Positions 37,827 to 47,470 are shown, numbered from the stretch's first letter. The stretch is 64,000 nt of DNA from Bacilli bacterium (GCA_017436345.1 JAFSDH010000004.1:200084-264083); one strand, 5' to 3'. Numbers and translations: made by a program. The notes: generated from the sequence alone by a model not told the origin.

Positions 37827-37843
37827 ATAAAAAAAGAATGATT

Positions 37844-39592
37844 TTAATCATTCTCATAATCTAATCTCTTTACTTTTTGATTATTAACTACTAATGCTTG
37901 ATCAATCTTATTACTATAGTCATATGCTAGATATTGTTGTCTTTCAAGTTCTTTTTCGATTGAAAAAATATTTTTAATTAATTCATCATATTCAGGTATT
38001 TGTCCTTTATACTGACTAAATTCTTTTTCAAAAGTATCTTTCATATAAGTAATATTTGAAAAAGCATCTTCTATATTATCTAAAATACTTTTAACAGTAT
38101 CTTTACTACTTAAAATATCTCTAGAATAATCAGTAACTGTTACATCAATTTTTTCTCTTGTTTCTTCTCTTGGTGTAAAAGCAGTTGCCATTAAATGAGC
38201 AGCAGTAGCATATAAAGTTGCTTTAAATAAACTACCAGCAGGAGTAGGCGGAATTGCTTGAGCAGAAGCTAACATAAATGTTGCTTGAAGCATTCTATTA
38301 ACATCCGGTACAATTTCAAAAGTTGTTTCCATTCTTTTAGAAATTTCTGTATTATTAGCAATTTTTTCTTCCAATTCTTTAATAATACTGTTCATTTCTA
38401 AGTTATAATTATCAACCATTTTATTAATATTTTCAACATCGGCATATTGATCTTGTAAAAGTATAAAATCATCATCACGAATACTAAAATCAACTAACTT
38501 AGATTCAACACTTTCTTCAACAATATCCTTTTGTTTTTCTATTTCTATAATATTATTAATAATTCCAATAAATTCCTCAATTTCATGAATTTGATTAAGA
38601 GTAGTAGAATTATCTATTCCATCTTTACCATTACCAATATAATCACTAATCGAAAATCCTAAATCTAAATTATTAATAAGAGTTATATCTTGAATAGAAA
38701 TATTAGAATAAGCATAATCATATTTCTTTTTAATCTCATTAAATTTTTTTATTAAATCTTCTAATTCTTTTTGAATCTTCTCAATATTTTCAAGAAGAAC
38801 TTCATCTTTTTCTTGATTATTTAAAACTTCAATTTTATATTTAATATCATTTAAATCATAATAATCATTTCTAAGTAAATTATCTATTTCTTCAATGATA
38901 GATACTTGTATTAATTCTGGTTTTTCAATTGAAGATTCTTCAGATATTTCTACTTCATGAACACTCGGAAATAATTGATTAACTTCACGTCTTTCTTTTT
39001 CTTCTTGACGACTTTGTTCTTTTAAATCTTCAACAACATCTTCATCGATAAAAAGAGTAGGAGCTTGAGGGATATTTTCCTCACTAGCTTTTTCACTAAC
39101 TTCTATTATCTTATCTTTAGGTTTAATTTCTTCTTTATCTTTTTCTACTTCTTGTTCCTTTATTTCTAAAGTCTGTTTATTATCTTCAGGAATTTCCAAA
39201 ATTTCAGCATTATCTTTATTCTTATCTCCTTCTTCTGTTGCAAGAGGTTTATTTTCAGGTACTTCCATTGTTTTCGTTTCAATAATTTCCTCTTGTTTAT
39301 TTGGTTTAACTTCAGGAGTTTCACTTTTATCTTGAATTTGTTCTTGAAGATTATCTATTTCTAAATCACTTTCGATAACGATATCTTCAGCTTGAACAAC
39401 AGGAGCTATTTCTTCTTTAACTTCAATATCATCATCGTGCCTTTTATTTTTTCTACGTTCTTTAAGACGTTCAGCAATTAAATTTTCTTCTTCTTTTTTT
39501 GCTTCTAGCTCTTCTTCACGTATTTTTCTTGTTCTTTCAGAAAATAGCCACGAAATAATTCGATCTCTATTTCCACCCTTAGCACCTTTCAT
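37844..39592 (-). CDS. Hypothetical large acidic coiled-coil protein
   Basis: 582 aa. Basic N-terminus, long Glu/Lys-rich region, one hydrophobic segment (ATFMLASAQAIPPTPAGSLFKATLYATAAHLMATAF). 20 nt downstream of the ZnuA-like gene. Confidence 0.6.
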   Translation of the reverse strand: MKGAKGGNRDRIISWLFSERTRKIREEELEAKKEEENLIAERLKERRKNKRHDDDIEVKEEIAPVVQAEDIVIESDLEIDNLQEQIQDKSETPEVKPNKQEEIIETKTMEVPENKPLATEEGDKNKDNAEILEIPEDNKQTLEIKEQEVEKDKEEIKPKDKIIEVSEKASEENIPQAPTLFIDEDVVEDLKEQSRQEEKERREVNQLFPSVHEVEISEESSIEKPELIQVSIIEEIDNLLRNDYYDLNDIKYKIEVLNNQEKDEVLLENIEKIQKELEDLIKKFNEIKKKYDYAYSNISIQDITLINNLDLGFSISDYIGNGKDGIDNSTTLNQIHEIEEFIGIINNIIEIEKQKDIVEESVESKLVDFSIRDDDFILLQDQYADVENINKMVDNYNLEMNSIIKELEEKIANNTEISKRMETTFEIVPDVNRMLQATFMLASAQAIPPTPAGSLFKATLYATAAHLMATAFTPREETREKIDVTVTDYSRDILSSKDTVKSILDNIEDAFSNITYMKDTFEKEFSQYKGQIPEYDELIKNIFSIEKELERQQYLAYDYSNKIDQALVVNNQKVKRLDYEND

Positions 39593-39612
39593 ATAATTTC
39601 ATCATCCCTTAT

Positions 39613-40479
39613 TTAATCTTTATTATATATTTCTAATTTAAGTATTTCTAAATTATCCTCCATAATTGAAATATAATCATCATCATTATTTCTTTGTTCA
39701 TCACTAATACTATCTAATCTATATAAATAAACAATTTCTATTTGATTAGTCTTTAAGAATGTTTTTAATTCTTCTGTAGGTTCATCGTCTTTAAACATAA
39801 ATATGTACTTTATATCACCATTTTTTACTAACGTTTTAACATCTTGATATGTTTTATCGATTGCATCATCATACAAAATAGTAACCTCAAATCCATATTT
39901 TTCTAAAAACATAAGAGATTGATTATAAACAACTATTTTTGGATTATCAGCATTTTGAACTGTTAATTTAAATTCAGCATCTAATTCTGATAATGAAACT
40001 TTTAAATCTTGATAATTATCATCTATTTCTTTTACTAAATATGAATTAGATACATATTCTTCTAAACCATTCTTAATATTTAAAGCCATCATAAGTACAT
40101 TAGATGGATCAAGCCATAATTCTTCGTTCCCATAAGTATATTCCATACCTAAAGTTGAATCAATAAGTAATAAATTATCATTTCTATTAATTAAGCTAAG
40201 CGCAATATCGCTTGAATTTTCACCATTATAAACAAATAAATCTTTATCACTAAAATTATTTAATTGCTTATTATTAAAATCATAATTATCTATTACTTCT
40301 CCATCTGGAAAAATATTTTCGATATCAGCATGATCACCATAAATTTCATTAACTAAATACTCAATAGGGTAAGCGGAAGTAATAATTTCTATATCTTCCA
40401 TACTATCTCTTTTTACACATCCAACAGTACTTATAAGTCCAAGTAAAAGTACAAATATTAATAAATTTAATTTCTTCAT
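39613..40479 (-). CDS. TroA/ZnuA-fold (cluster 9) solute-binding lipoprotein homolog with degenerate metal site
   Basis: 288 aa. Lipobox LISTVGC. IITSAYPIEYLVNEIYGDHADIENIFPDG aligns with the ZnuA/AdcA N-terminal block. The positions I recall as His ligands read N/L/N (IDNYDF, EELWLDP, YNQSLMFLEKYGF). No ABC partner is adjacent. Confidence 0.55.
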   Translation of the reverse strand: MKKLNLLIFVLLLGLISTVGCVKRDSMEDIEIITSAYPIEYLVNEIYGDHADIENIFPDGEVIDNYDFNNKQLNNFSDKDLFVYNGENSSDIALSLINRNDNLLLIDSTLGMEYTYGNEELWLDPSNVLMMALNIKNGLEEYVSNSYLVKEIDDNYQDLKVSLSELDAEFKLTVQNADNPKIVVYNQSLMFLEKYGFEVTILYDDAIDKTYQDVKTLVKNGDIKYIFMFKDDEPTEELKTFLKTNQIEIVYLYRLDSISDEQRNNDDDYISIMEDNLEILKLEIYNKD

Positions 40480-40625
40480 TTTTCTTCTCCTTCATAGAAT
40501 ATTTTTATATTCTAGCACTATATATAATTTTACTATTAAATGTAGTTTTTTTCAATACGACCAATAAAAAAGATAAAATAATTTCTTTTTAAAAGAAAGT
40601 AGGTTATAATTAAATAGGTGATAAT

Positions 40626-41297
40626 ATGGATAAACTATTTAAAAAGTTAGGGATTGTTCCCAATGAAAGTAGACTTTATATGATAGCGTTTTCGCATTCT
40701 TCATATGCTAATGAGAATAATTTGAAAAGTGATTATGAAAGACTAGAATTTTTAGGTGATGCAGTGCTAGAATTAATTAGTAGTGAATATTTATATAAAA
40801 ATTTAAATGTAAAAGAAGGAGATATGACTAAACTTAGAGCAAGTTATGTATGTGAAAATGCTTGTTATACATATGCAACTGATTTAGGCTTTAGTAATTA
40901 TATAAAAGTTGGTCATGGGGAAGAAAAAGATGGAGGTAAATTTAAGAAAGTAATAGTTGCTGATATCTTTGAAGCTTTTACCGGAGCACTTTATTTAGAC
41001 CAAGGATTTGAAAAAACAAAAGAAATAATTTTAAACATAATTGTTCCATATATAGAAAATCCAAATGTAATTTTCTTTAGTGATTATAAGTCGGCTCTTC
41101 AAGAATCTATTCAAACAGAAAAAAGGAGTTTAGAATATGTTTTAATTGATGAACAAGGTCCTGCTCATAATAAAACATTTACAATGATTGTTAAAGTAGA
41201 TGATATTGTATATGGAAAAGGAACTGCTGGTTCAAAAAAAGAAGCAGAACAAGAAGCTGCTAAGGATGCACTTGCTAAGCTTGCTATAAAAAATTAA
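40626..41297 (+). CDS. rnc: Ribonuclease III
   Basis: 223 aa. ERLEFLGDAVLEL signature and a C-terminal dsRBD (GPAHNKTF...GSKKEAEQEAA). Confidence 0.95.
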   Translation: MDKLFKKLGIVPNESRLYMIAFSHSSYANENNLKSDYERLEFLGDAVLELISSEYLYKNLNVKEGDMTKLRASYVCENACYTYATDLGFSNYIKVGHGEEKDGGKFKKVIVADIFEAFTGALYLDQGFEKTKEIILNIIVPYIENPNVIFFSDYKSALQESIQTEKRSLEYVLIDEQGPAHNKTFTMIVKVDDIVYGKGTAGSKKEAEQEAAKDALAKLAIKN

Positions 41298-41324
41298 AAG
41301 AATATTATGTAATATTCTTTTTAT
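41297..41324 (+). terminator. Intrinsic terminator after rnc
   Basis: AAGAATATT-atgt-AATATTCTT, then TTT. Confidence 0.6.
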
Positions 41325-41387
41325 ATGTCTAAATATTGCAATTTTTCATAAAATGATATAAAATAACTCTCACCAGGGGGAATTAAT

Positions 41388-41996
41388 ATGAAAGAAGAAC
41401 TATTAGAATTACGCAATCTTACTAATGATTATTCATTAGCTAAGAAGAACTTTGAAGAAAGAAAAGAAGTTTTTAATGAAGATACAAAAACAACAATGGT
41501 AATATTAGCATCTACTGTTGTACCAGCAACTTATGAAACAGCTTGTGAATTCTACGATGAATATGAAACTTTAAATAGCTATGCTGAACAATTAAAAAAA
41601 GAGCATCCTAGATATGGAGAAAAAAGAGTTTCAGAAACATTACTTGCTATGTTTAAAGAAACTAAAGAATATCAAGATCGTACTTTATGCGCTAGTCAAA
41701 TCATTGATGCATATTTAGCTTTTGAAAAAGCTGGATTTAAAGAAGTTAGAGCATTAGAGGAAAATGCGAATAAAATTGGCGTAGAATTAGCTGGTAAAGT
41801 AAGTGATGTAAAAACTGAAAAAGTTGATGCTACAATAAAAGGTGTAAATGATGCAATTGAAACTATTAAACCATATGGTGAAATTGCTAAGAAACAATTA
41901 ACAGCATTTGGTGGTATTGCTAAAAATGCTATTGCCAGTGGTGCAAAAAGATTAATTAAAATCTTAGAAGAAGATAATACTCCTAAAGATGAATAA
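41388..41996 (+). CDS. Hypothetical helical protein
   Basis: 202 aa, no recognised motif. Own SD (CAGGGGGAA) and terminator. Confidence 0.5.
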   Translation: MKEELLELRNLTNDYSLAKKNFEERKEVFNEDTKTTMVILASTVVPATYETACEFYDEYETLNSYAEQLKKEHPRYGEKRVSETLLAMFKETKEYQDRTLCASQIIDAYLAFEKAGFKEVRALEENANKIGVELAGKVSDVKTEKVDATIKGVNDAIETIKPYGEIAKKQLTAFGGIAKNAIASGAKRLIKILEEDNTPKDE

Positions 41997-42020
41997 AAGA
42001 ATGGAAACATTCTTTTTTTA
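41995..42020 (+). terminator. Intrinsic terminator
   Basis: AAGAATG-gaaa-CATTCTT, then a T-run. Confidence 0.65.
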
Positions 42021-42109
42021 TTTAAAGAATTATATCTTTTATATTTTAAGAAATTATGATACAATGATAGCGGTCTAATTTTACTTATATAAAGAAAGGA
42101 GAAATTAAT

Positions 42110-43762
42110 TTGAGTAAAATAAAAATATTTAGTCTTGGTGGACTAAATGAAAATGGTAAAAATATGTATGTTGTCGAAGTAGACAAAGATATTTTTGTTT
42201 TTGATGCGGGTTTAAAATATGGAAACGATCAAATGTTAGGAATTGATTATATTCTTCCTGACTATAGTTATTTAATAGAAAATGAAAAAAGAATAAAAGG
42301 GATTTTCTTAACACATGGACATGAAAGTAATATGGGAGCTATGGCAGATGTTCTTACTGATTTAAAGAATGTTAATGTTTATGCAACTAAATATACTATG
42401 CAAATATTAAAAGACGATTTAAAAGAAAGTAATGTAGTATGTAAAAACTTGAAAGAGATTAGACCACATTCTAAAATTGCTTTTGGTAAAAATTCAGTCT
42501 TTCCAATTAGTGTAACTCACTCAATTCCTGATAGTGTAGCTTATGTGTTATACACTAAAGATGGAGCTATTGTTTATACCGGTGATTATGTTTTTGATTC
42601 AACTATGATGGGAAATTATAAAACTGATATTGGTAAGCTTGCTTATGTTGGTAAACAAGGCGTTCTATGCCTGTTAAGTGAATCTTTATATGCGGAACGT
42701 CCTGGACATACAAGTCCTAATAATAGAGTATATGATTTTATTAAAGAAGTATTAGTAAAAAGTAAAGATAGAGTAATAGCAACTATTCAACCAGCTCATA
42801 TCTATCGTTTACAAGAATTATTAAATGCCAGCGTAAAAACTAGAAAAAAAGTAATCATTATGGGAAAAAGGTTACAAGACTTAGTAAATGCTTCTATTGA
42901 TATGGGATATATTAATTTTGATAAAAATAATATAGGAGATTTATCTAATTTAAACGATACAAATGCTTTAGTAATTATTTCTGATGAAAAAGAAAAACCA
43001 TTTATGAACTTAGAAAGAATTATTAGAGGATTTGATAAATATATTAAATTAAAAGAAACAGATACTATCTTTTTAACAGAACCTCCATATGAAGGAATTG
43101 AAAAAAGAACAGCATTAATAATGGATGAAATAGCTAAAGTGGGAGTTACTGCGATTTCTTTATCAGCTAAGAAACATTTGCTTCATCATGCATCACGTGA
43201 AGATTTAATGCTTATGATTAATTTGATGGATCCAAAGTATTATTTCCCTGTAAAAGGAGAATATCGTCATCAAGTAATGAATGCTGAAGTAGCAGAAAAT
43301 TTAGGTATTCCTAAAGAAAATATCATCTTAAAACAAAATGGTGATGTAGCTATATTTGAAAATGGTGTTTTAACAGAAAATACTTTCCATATTCCAGTTG
43401 ATGAAATATTAATTGATGGAAAAAGCCAAGGAGATATTGGTGAACTTGTATTAAAAGATCGTGAAATGTTAGGTTCTAGCGGAATTGTTATTGTTAGTTG
43501 TACATTAGATAAAATAACAAAACAAGTTCTAAGTGGACCAGAAATATTAACTCGTGGATTTGTTTATGTTAAAGAAAGTGGCGAATTAATCAAAGAAACA
43601 CAAGACTTATGTTTGCAAATAATTGAAGAAAATATTGAAACAGATTCTAAAAAAGTTGATTATTCGAATATTAAGAATGCTGTTCGTGACCGTTTAGGTA
43701 AATATTTTTATAAACAAACAGAAACAAAACCTATGATAATTACAGTAATTCAAGAAGTGTAA
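42110..43762 (+). CDS. rnj: Ribonuclease J family protein with degenerate HxHxDH motif (RNase J2-like)
   Basis: 550 aa, TTG start after SD AAAGGAG. Beta-lactamase/beta-CASP blocks VTHSIPDS, TGDYVFD, LLSESLYAERPG. Motif II reads THGHESNMG instead of HGHEDHIG. Confidence 0.85.
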   Translation: MSKIKIFSLGGLNENGKNMYVVEVDKDIFVFDAGLKYGNDQMLGIDYILPDYSYLIENEKRIKGIFLTHGHESNMGAMADVLTDLKNVNVYATKYTMQILKDDLKESNVVCKNLKEIRPHSKIAFGKNSVFPISVTHSIPDSVAYVLYTKDGAIVYTGDYVFDSTMMGNYKTDIGKLAYVGKQGVLCLLSESLYAERPGHTSPNNRVYDFIKEVLVKSKDRVIATIQPAHIYRLQELLNASVKTRKKVIIMGKRLQDLVNASIDMGYINFDKNNIGDLSNLNDTNALVIISDEKEKPFMNLERIIRGFDKYIKLKETDTIFLTEPPYEGIEKRTALIMDEIAKVGVTAISLSAKKHLLHHASREDLMLMINLMDPKYYFPVKGEYRHQVMNAEVAENLGIPKENIILKQNGDVAIFENGVLTENTFHIPVDEILIDGKSQGDIGELVLKDREMLGSSGIVIVSCTLDKITKQVLSGPEILTRGFVYVKESGELIKETQDLCLQIIEENIETDSKKVDYSNIKNAVRDRLGKYFYKQTETKPMIITVIQEV

Positions 43763-43779
43763 AAAACACTTCTTTTTTA
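43752..43779 (+). terminator. Intrinsic terminator after the RNase J gene
   Basis: AAGAAGTGT, A-loop, ACACTTCTT, then TTTT. The stem overlaps the stop codon. Confidence 0.7.
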
Positions 43780-43843
43780 TTAGAAAATTTCTCTAATTTT
43801 TATACGATATTATTTTTATGATATAATGAAAATAGGTGATAGT

Positions 43844-44404
43844 ATGTTTGAAACAGAATATGAAAAATATTATCGTATGCAAAGTGATCCTGGTGATAAT
43901 CAGTTAATTCTTGTTTTTATAATTATTCCTATATTTATTTTACTAGCTCTAAATAAGATACTGCCACCACCAAATTTAAATCCATATCAAAAAGTAATGG
44001 CTGAAATATATATAACCCCAACAAATGATAAAATCGCCATTTATGAAGTAAAAGGAAAGACGTATAAAGAACTAGCCCCTCCATATTTACCTGAAGGTAA
44101 AATGCCAATCTATTATGATAAAAGAGATCCTAAACAAATAATGGGTGGTAATATGGAAGGTTATGAAGATAAGGGGTTAAAGTTCTATAAAGTAATATTA
44201 CCAAATGTAGTATTATATATAGTAATGCTTACAGTAGAATGTGTCTTTTACTTTAAGCATAAAAGAAAAAAAGAATTAAAAGAAAAATTTGAACAGCAAA
44301 GGGTAGAAGAAATTTTAAATAGACATTTTCAGAAAGACGGATTTATTAATAAACCACAAGAGAATGATATAAATGATTATACTATAATTGATAAAAGAAA
44401 ATAA
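43844..44404 (+). CDS. Hypothetical two-TM membrane protein (DUF3592-like, tentative)
   Basis: ATG 43844 follows SD AGGTGA. The track ATG 43826 lies inside the -10 element TGATATAAT. Two TM helices flank a beta-rich loop ending YYDKRDPKQ. Confidence 0.5.
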   Translation: MFETEYEKYYRMQSDPGDNQLILVFIIIPIFILLALNKILPPPNLNPYQKVMAEIYITPTNDKIAIYEVKGKTYKELAPPYLPEGKMPIYYDKRDPKQIMGGNMEGYEDKGLKFYKVILPNVVLYIVMLTVECVFYFKHKRKKELKEKFEQQRVEEILNRHFQKDGFINKPQENDINDYTIIDKRK

Positions 44405-44418
44405 TAAAGAATAAAAGG

Positions 44419-44447
44419 GTTTAAGAGATAAAAACTTAAACTTTTTT
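44419..44447 (+). terminator. Intrinsic terminator
   Basis: GTTTAAG, 9-nt loop, CTTAAAC, then TTTTTT. Confidence 0.6.
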
Positions 44448-44477
44448 AAATCTTATTAACTTTTTGTTAAAAACATA

Positions 44478-44516
44478 TTGACAAATTTATTTGTTATTAA
44501 TATAATGTTATTAACA
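44478..44516 (+). promoter_or_regulatory. Promoter of pncA operon with overlapping candidate NrtR operator
   Basis: TTGACA (44478-44483), 17 nt, TATAAT (44501-44506). Inverted repeat TGTTATTAA-N7-TTATTAACA (44492-44516). About 40 nt nearly identical to 51607-51645. Confidence 0.65.
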
Positions 44517-44539
44517 AAGACGAAAGAAGGAGAAAAAAT

Positions 44540-45163
44540 ATGAAAAATGTAAAGAATTTAAAAATGTATAAGAAAGTGTTAATTGTAGTAGATATGGTTA
44601 ATGGATTTGTTAGAGAAGGTGCTTTAGCAGATAAACATATCGAAGGAACTATAGCTAATCAAGTAGCGTTAATTAAACAATATAAAGAAGAAGGAAACTT
44701 AGTTATCTTTATTAAAGATACACATACTGAAAATTCAGTTGAACATGATCGTTTTGGAGGAGCACTTCACTGTATTAAAGGAACTAAAGAAGCAGAATTA
44801 ATTGATGAATTAAAACCTTATGAAAATACAGAAAATACTATTAGTATTGAAAAGAACTCTACAAGTTATATTTGGGCTGAAAATGAAGATGGAACTAAAT
44901 TCTTAGATGTATTAGAAGGATTAGAAAATGTCGGGGAAGTTGAAGTTGTTGGATGTTGTACAGATATTTGTATAACAAATGGAGTACTTCCAATGATGAA
45001 CTATTTTGATCAAAAAAATAGACGAGTAAATGTAACATTATATGAAGATGCAATTGATACTTATGGAATTCCAGGAATACATGATAGAAAACAATATGAA
45101 GATGCAGCATACTTGCTTTTAAAACAACAAGGTGCTAAAGTAAAAAAAATAGGAACTAAATAA
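44540..45163 (+). CDS. pncA: Nicotinamidase (isochorismatase/cysteine hydrolase family)
   Basis: 207 aa. VVDMVNGF, HCIKGTKEAELIDEL, catalytic-Cys block VVGCCTDICI. First gene of the operon with pncB. Confidence 0.75.
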   Translation: MKNVKNLKMYKKVLIVVDMVNGFVREGALADKHIEGTIANQVALIKQYKEEGNLVIFIKDTHTENSVEHDRFGGALHCIKGTKEAELIDELKPYENTENTISIEKNSTSYIWAENEDGTKFLDVLEGLENVGEVEVVGCCTDICITNGVLPMMNYFDQKNRRVNVTLYEDAIDTYGIPGIHDRKQYEDAAYLLLKQQGAKVKKIGTK

Positions 45164-45183
45164 TAGATATGGAGAGGTAATAT

Positions 45184-46764
45184 ATGGAAAACTTTGTAAT
45201 TAATTTAGATGAAAATAGAAAAGAAGAATTTTTAAGATTACTAGCTGAAAATGGTTTTGGAGAAATAACTTTAAAAGAAGATGAAACTAATATGACATTA
45301 ATGACAGATTTATATGAATTAACAATGTCACAAGTAAATTTTGATAGTAATGAACAAAATGATATTGCATATTTTGATGGATTTTTTAGAAGAGAACCAT
45401 TAGATGCAGGATATGGATTGATTTGTGGTACTGACACAATGATCGATTATATAAAAAATTTACACTTTACAAAAAGTGATATTGAATACTTAAGAAGTAC
45501 AAATAAATTTAATGAAGGATTCTTAGAATACTTAAGTAATTTTAAATTTACTGGTGATATTTGGGCAATCCCAGATGGAACACCAGTATTTAGAAATGAA
45601 CCATTTATTACAGTTCGTGGTAATAAAATCGAGACAAAGATTATTGAAACAGCATTACTTGCTATTTACAATAGTCAAATAGCTTATGCAACTGCTGCAA
45701 GAAAAATAGTTGAAGCAGCTAATGGAGTTGACGTTGTTGTAGAAGATGAAAAAACACATGAATTAATTCCTATTATGGAATTTGGTGCAAGACGTGCTTA
45801 CGGATGTAATGCTGCAATTGATGCTAGTAAATGTGCAGTTATTGTTGGATGTGCAGGTACATCTAATACTAAAGCTGCTAAAATGTATGGATTAACTCCA
45901 ATGGGAACAATGGCTCATAGCTGTGTAATGGAATCAACTAGTGAATATGAAGCATTTAAAAAATATGCTAAATCATTCCCAAATAAACCACTATTCTTAG
46001 TTGATACTTTTGATACTTTAAAAAGTGGTATTCCTAATGCTATCAAGGTATGTAAAGAATTAGGTATTGAACTAGGTGGTATTAGAATCGATAGTGGAGA
46101 CTTAGCTTATTTATCAAAAGAAGCTAAAGAATTACTAAAAAAAGAATATCCAAATGCTGTTATTTGCTTATCTAATGGATTAAATGCAAAATCAATTGAA
46201 TCACTTAAACAACAAGGTGCTGTAATCGGTTCAATTGGATGTGGAGATAATATTGCATCACCTGATAAAAGAGTAGGAGCAGTATATAAAATTTGTGCAA
46301 CAGAAGAAAATGGAGAAATCATTCCAAAAATTAAAGTTAGTGAAGATAAAATTAAAACTACAAATCCAGGATTAAAAAAGATTTGGCGTTTCTATGATAA
46401 AGATACAGGATATGCATTAGGTGATATTATTGCTACACATAATGAAGAAATTCCTCTAGATGGATATACTTTTGTTAACCACGAAGATACTCTTCAAACA
46501 AAAGATATAACAAATTATACGGTAAGAGAATTACAAGTACCAATTTTCCAAAATGGTAAATTAGTTTATACAGATCCAACACTAGCAGAAAAACGTGCAT
46601 ATTGTGATAAAGAAATGAAATCTTTATATCCAGAAGTTAGACGTGCAGAAAAACCACATAAATATATTGTTGACTTATCAAATGAATTAAGAGAATTAAG
46701 AGATCAATTAATTCGTGCCGTAAATAGCCAAGTTAAAGAACAACAAAAAGTAAAGGTAAAATAG
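45184..46764 (+). CDS. pncB: Nicotinate phosphoribosyltransferase
   Basis: 526 aa. LMTDLYELTMSQ, PMGTMAHS, GGIRIDSGDLAYLS. About 35-aa N-terminal extension. Confidence 0.9.
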   Translation: MENFVINLDENRKEEFLRLLAENGFGEITLKEDETNMTLMTDLYELTMSQVNFDSNEQNDIAYFDGFFRREPLDAGYGLICGTDTMIDYIKNLHFTKSDIEYLRSTNKFNEGFLEYLSNFKFTGDIWAIPDGTPVFRNEPFITVRGNKIETKIIETALLAIYNSQIAYATAARKIVEAANGVDVVVEDEKTHELIPIMEFGARRAYGCNAAIDASKCAVIVGCAGTSNTKAAKMYGLTPMGTMAHSCVMESTSEYEAFKKYAKSFPNKPLFLVDTFDTLKSGIPNAIKVCKELGIELGGIRIDSGDLAYLSKEAKELLKKEYPNAVICLSNGLNAKSIESLKQQGAVIGSIGCGDNIASPDKRVGAVYKICATEENGEIIPKIKVSEDKIKTTNPGLKKIWRFYDKDTGYALGDIIATHNEEIPLDGYTFVNHEDTLQTKDITNYTVRELQVPIFQNGKLVYTDPTLAEKRAYCDKEMKSLYPEVRRAEKPHKYIVDLSNELRELRDQLIRAVNSQVKEQQKVKVK

Positions 46765-46765
46765 T

Positions 46766-47458
46766 ATGATTAAAAAACAAAGTCTAGAAGAATTAAAAAA
46801 ACTTTTAGGAGAATTAAAAAGTGTTAAACAAGATATTGTACCTAAAGAAGAGGTATATAAAGAATATATTAGAGAAATAGATGGTAAAAAATATATCGCT
46901 TTAGATGATTTAACTAAAGGACAATTTATAACTAATGAAAGATATTTATGCACACTAAATAACGGTGAAACAATTATTCGAGAAAAAATTATGAAAGCTA
47001 AAAAAGATGGTTCAGCAGTTATTGTTATACCAGTAACTGATGATAATGAAGTAATTGTAACAGTTGAACCTCGAGCTTTTACTGAACAAACTGTTGGGAT
47101 TGGATTTCCCGCTGGCTATATTGAAGCAGGAGAAAAAAGAGAAGATTCTGCTTTAAGAGAATTACAAGAAGAAGTAGGAGTAATACCAAAAAAATTAATT
47201 CCGCTTGCATCTTTTTACCAAGATGAAGGAATATCAGCAGCTAAAAATACAGCGTATATTGCTTTAGGATGTACAGAAGGATACGAAAGAAATCTTGATG
47301 AAGGAGAGTTTGTTGAATACTTTAAATGTAGTTTTGAAGAAGTTTTAGAATTACAAGAACAAGGTTATATAGAAGGATCAAATTCTGTTATAGCAATAGA
47401 AAAAGCTAAAAAGTATTTTGATACAAAAGGAAAAGTAAAACAAAAATATTTGAAATAA
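46766..47458 (+). CDS. Nudix hydrolase, ADP-ribose pyrophosphatase-like
   Basis: 230 aa. Intact Nudix box GYIEAGEKREDSALRELQEEVGV. Confidence 0.8.
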   Translation: MIKKQSLEELKKLLGELKSVKQDIVPKEEVYKEYIREIDGKKYIALDDLTKGQFITNERYLCTLNNGETIIREKIMKAKKDGSAVIVIPVTDDNEVIVTVEPRAFTEQTVGIGFPAGYIEAGEKREDSALRELQEEVGVIPKKLIPLASFYQDEGISAAKNTAYIALGCTEGYERNLDEGEFVEYFKCSFEEVLELQEQGYIEGSNSVIAIEKAKKYFDTKGKVKQKYLK

Positions 47459-47470
47459 GGAGATAAAATT

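Noticed and set aside
41696-42064. 122-aa minus-strand ORF.
   Set aside because: It is antisense to 41388..41996 and spans that gene's terminator. No SD.
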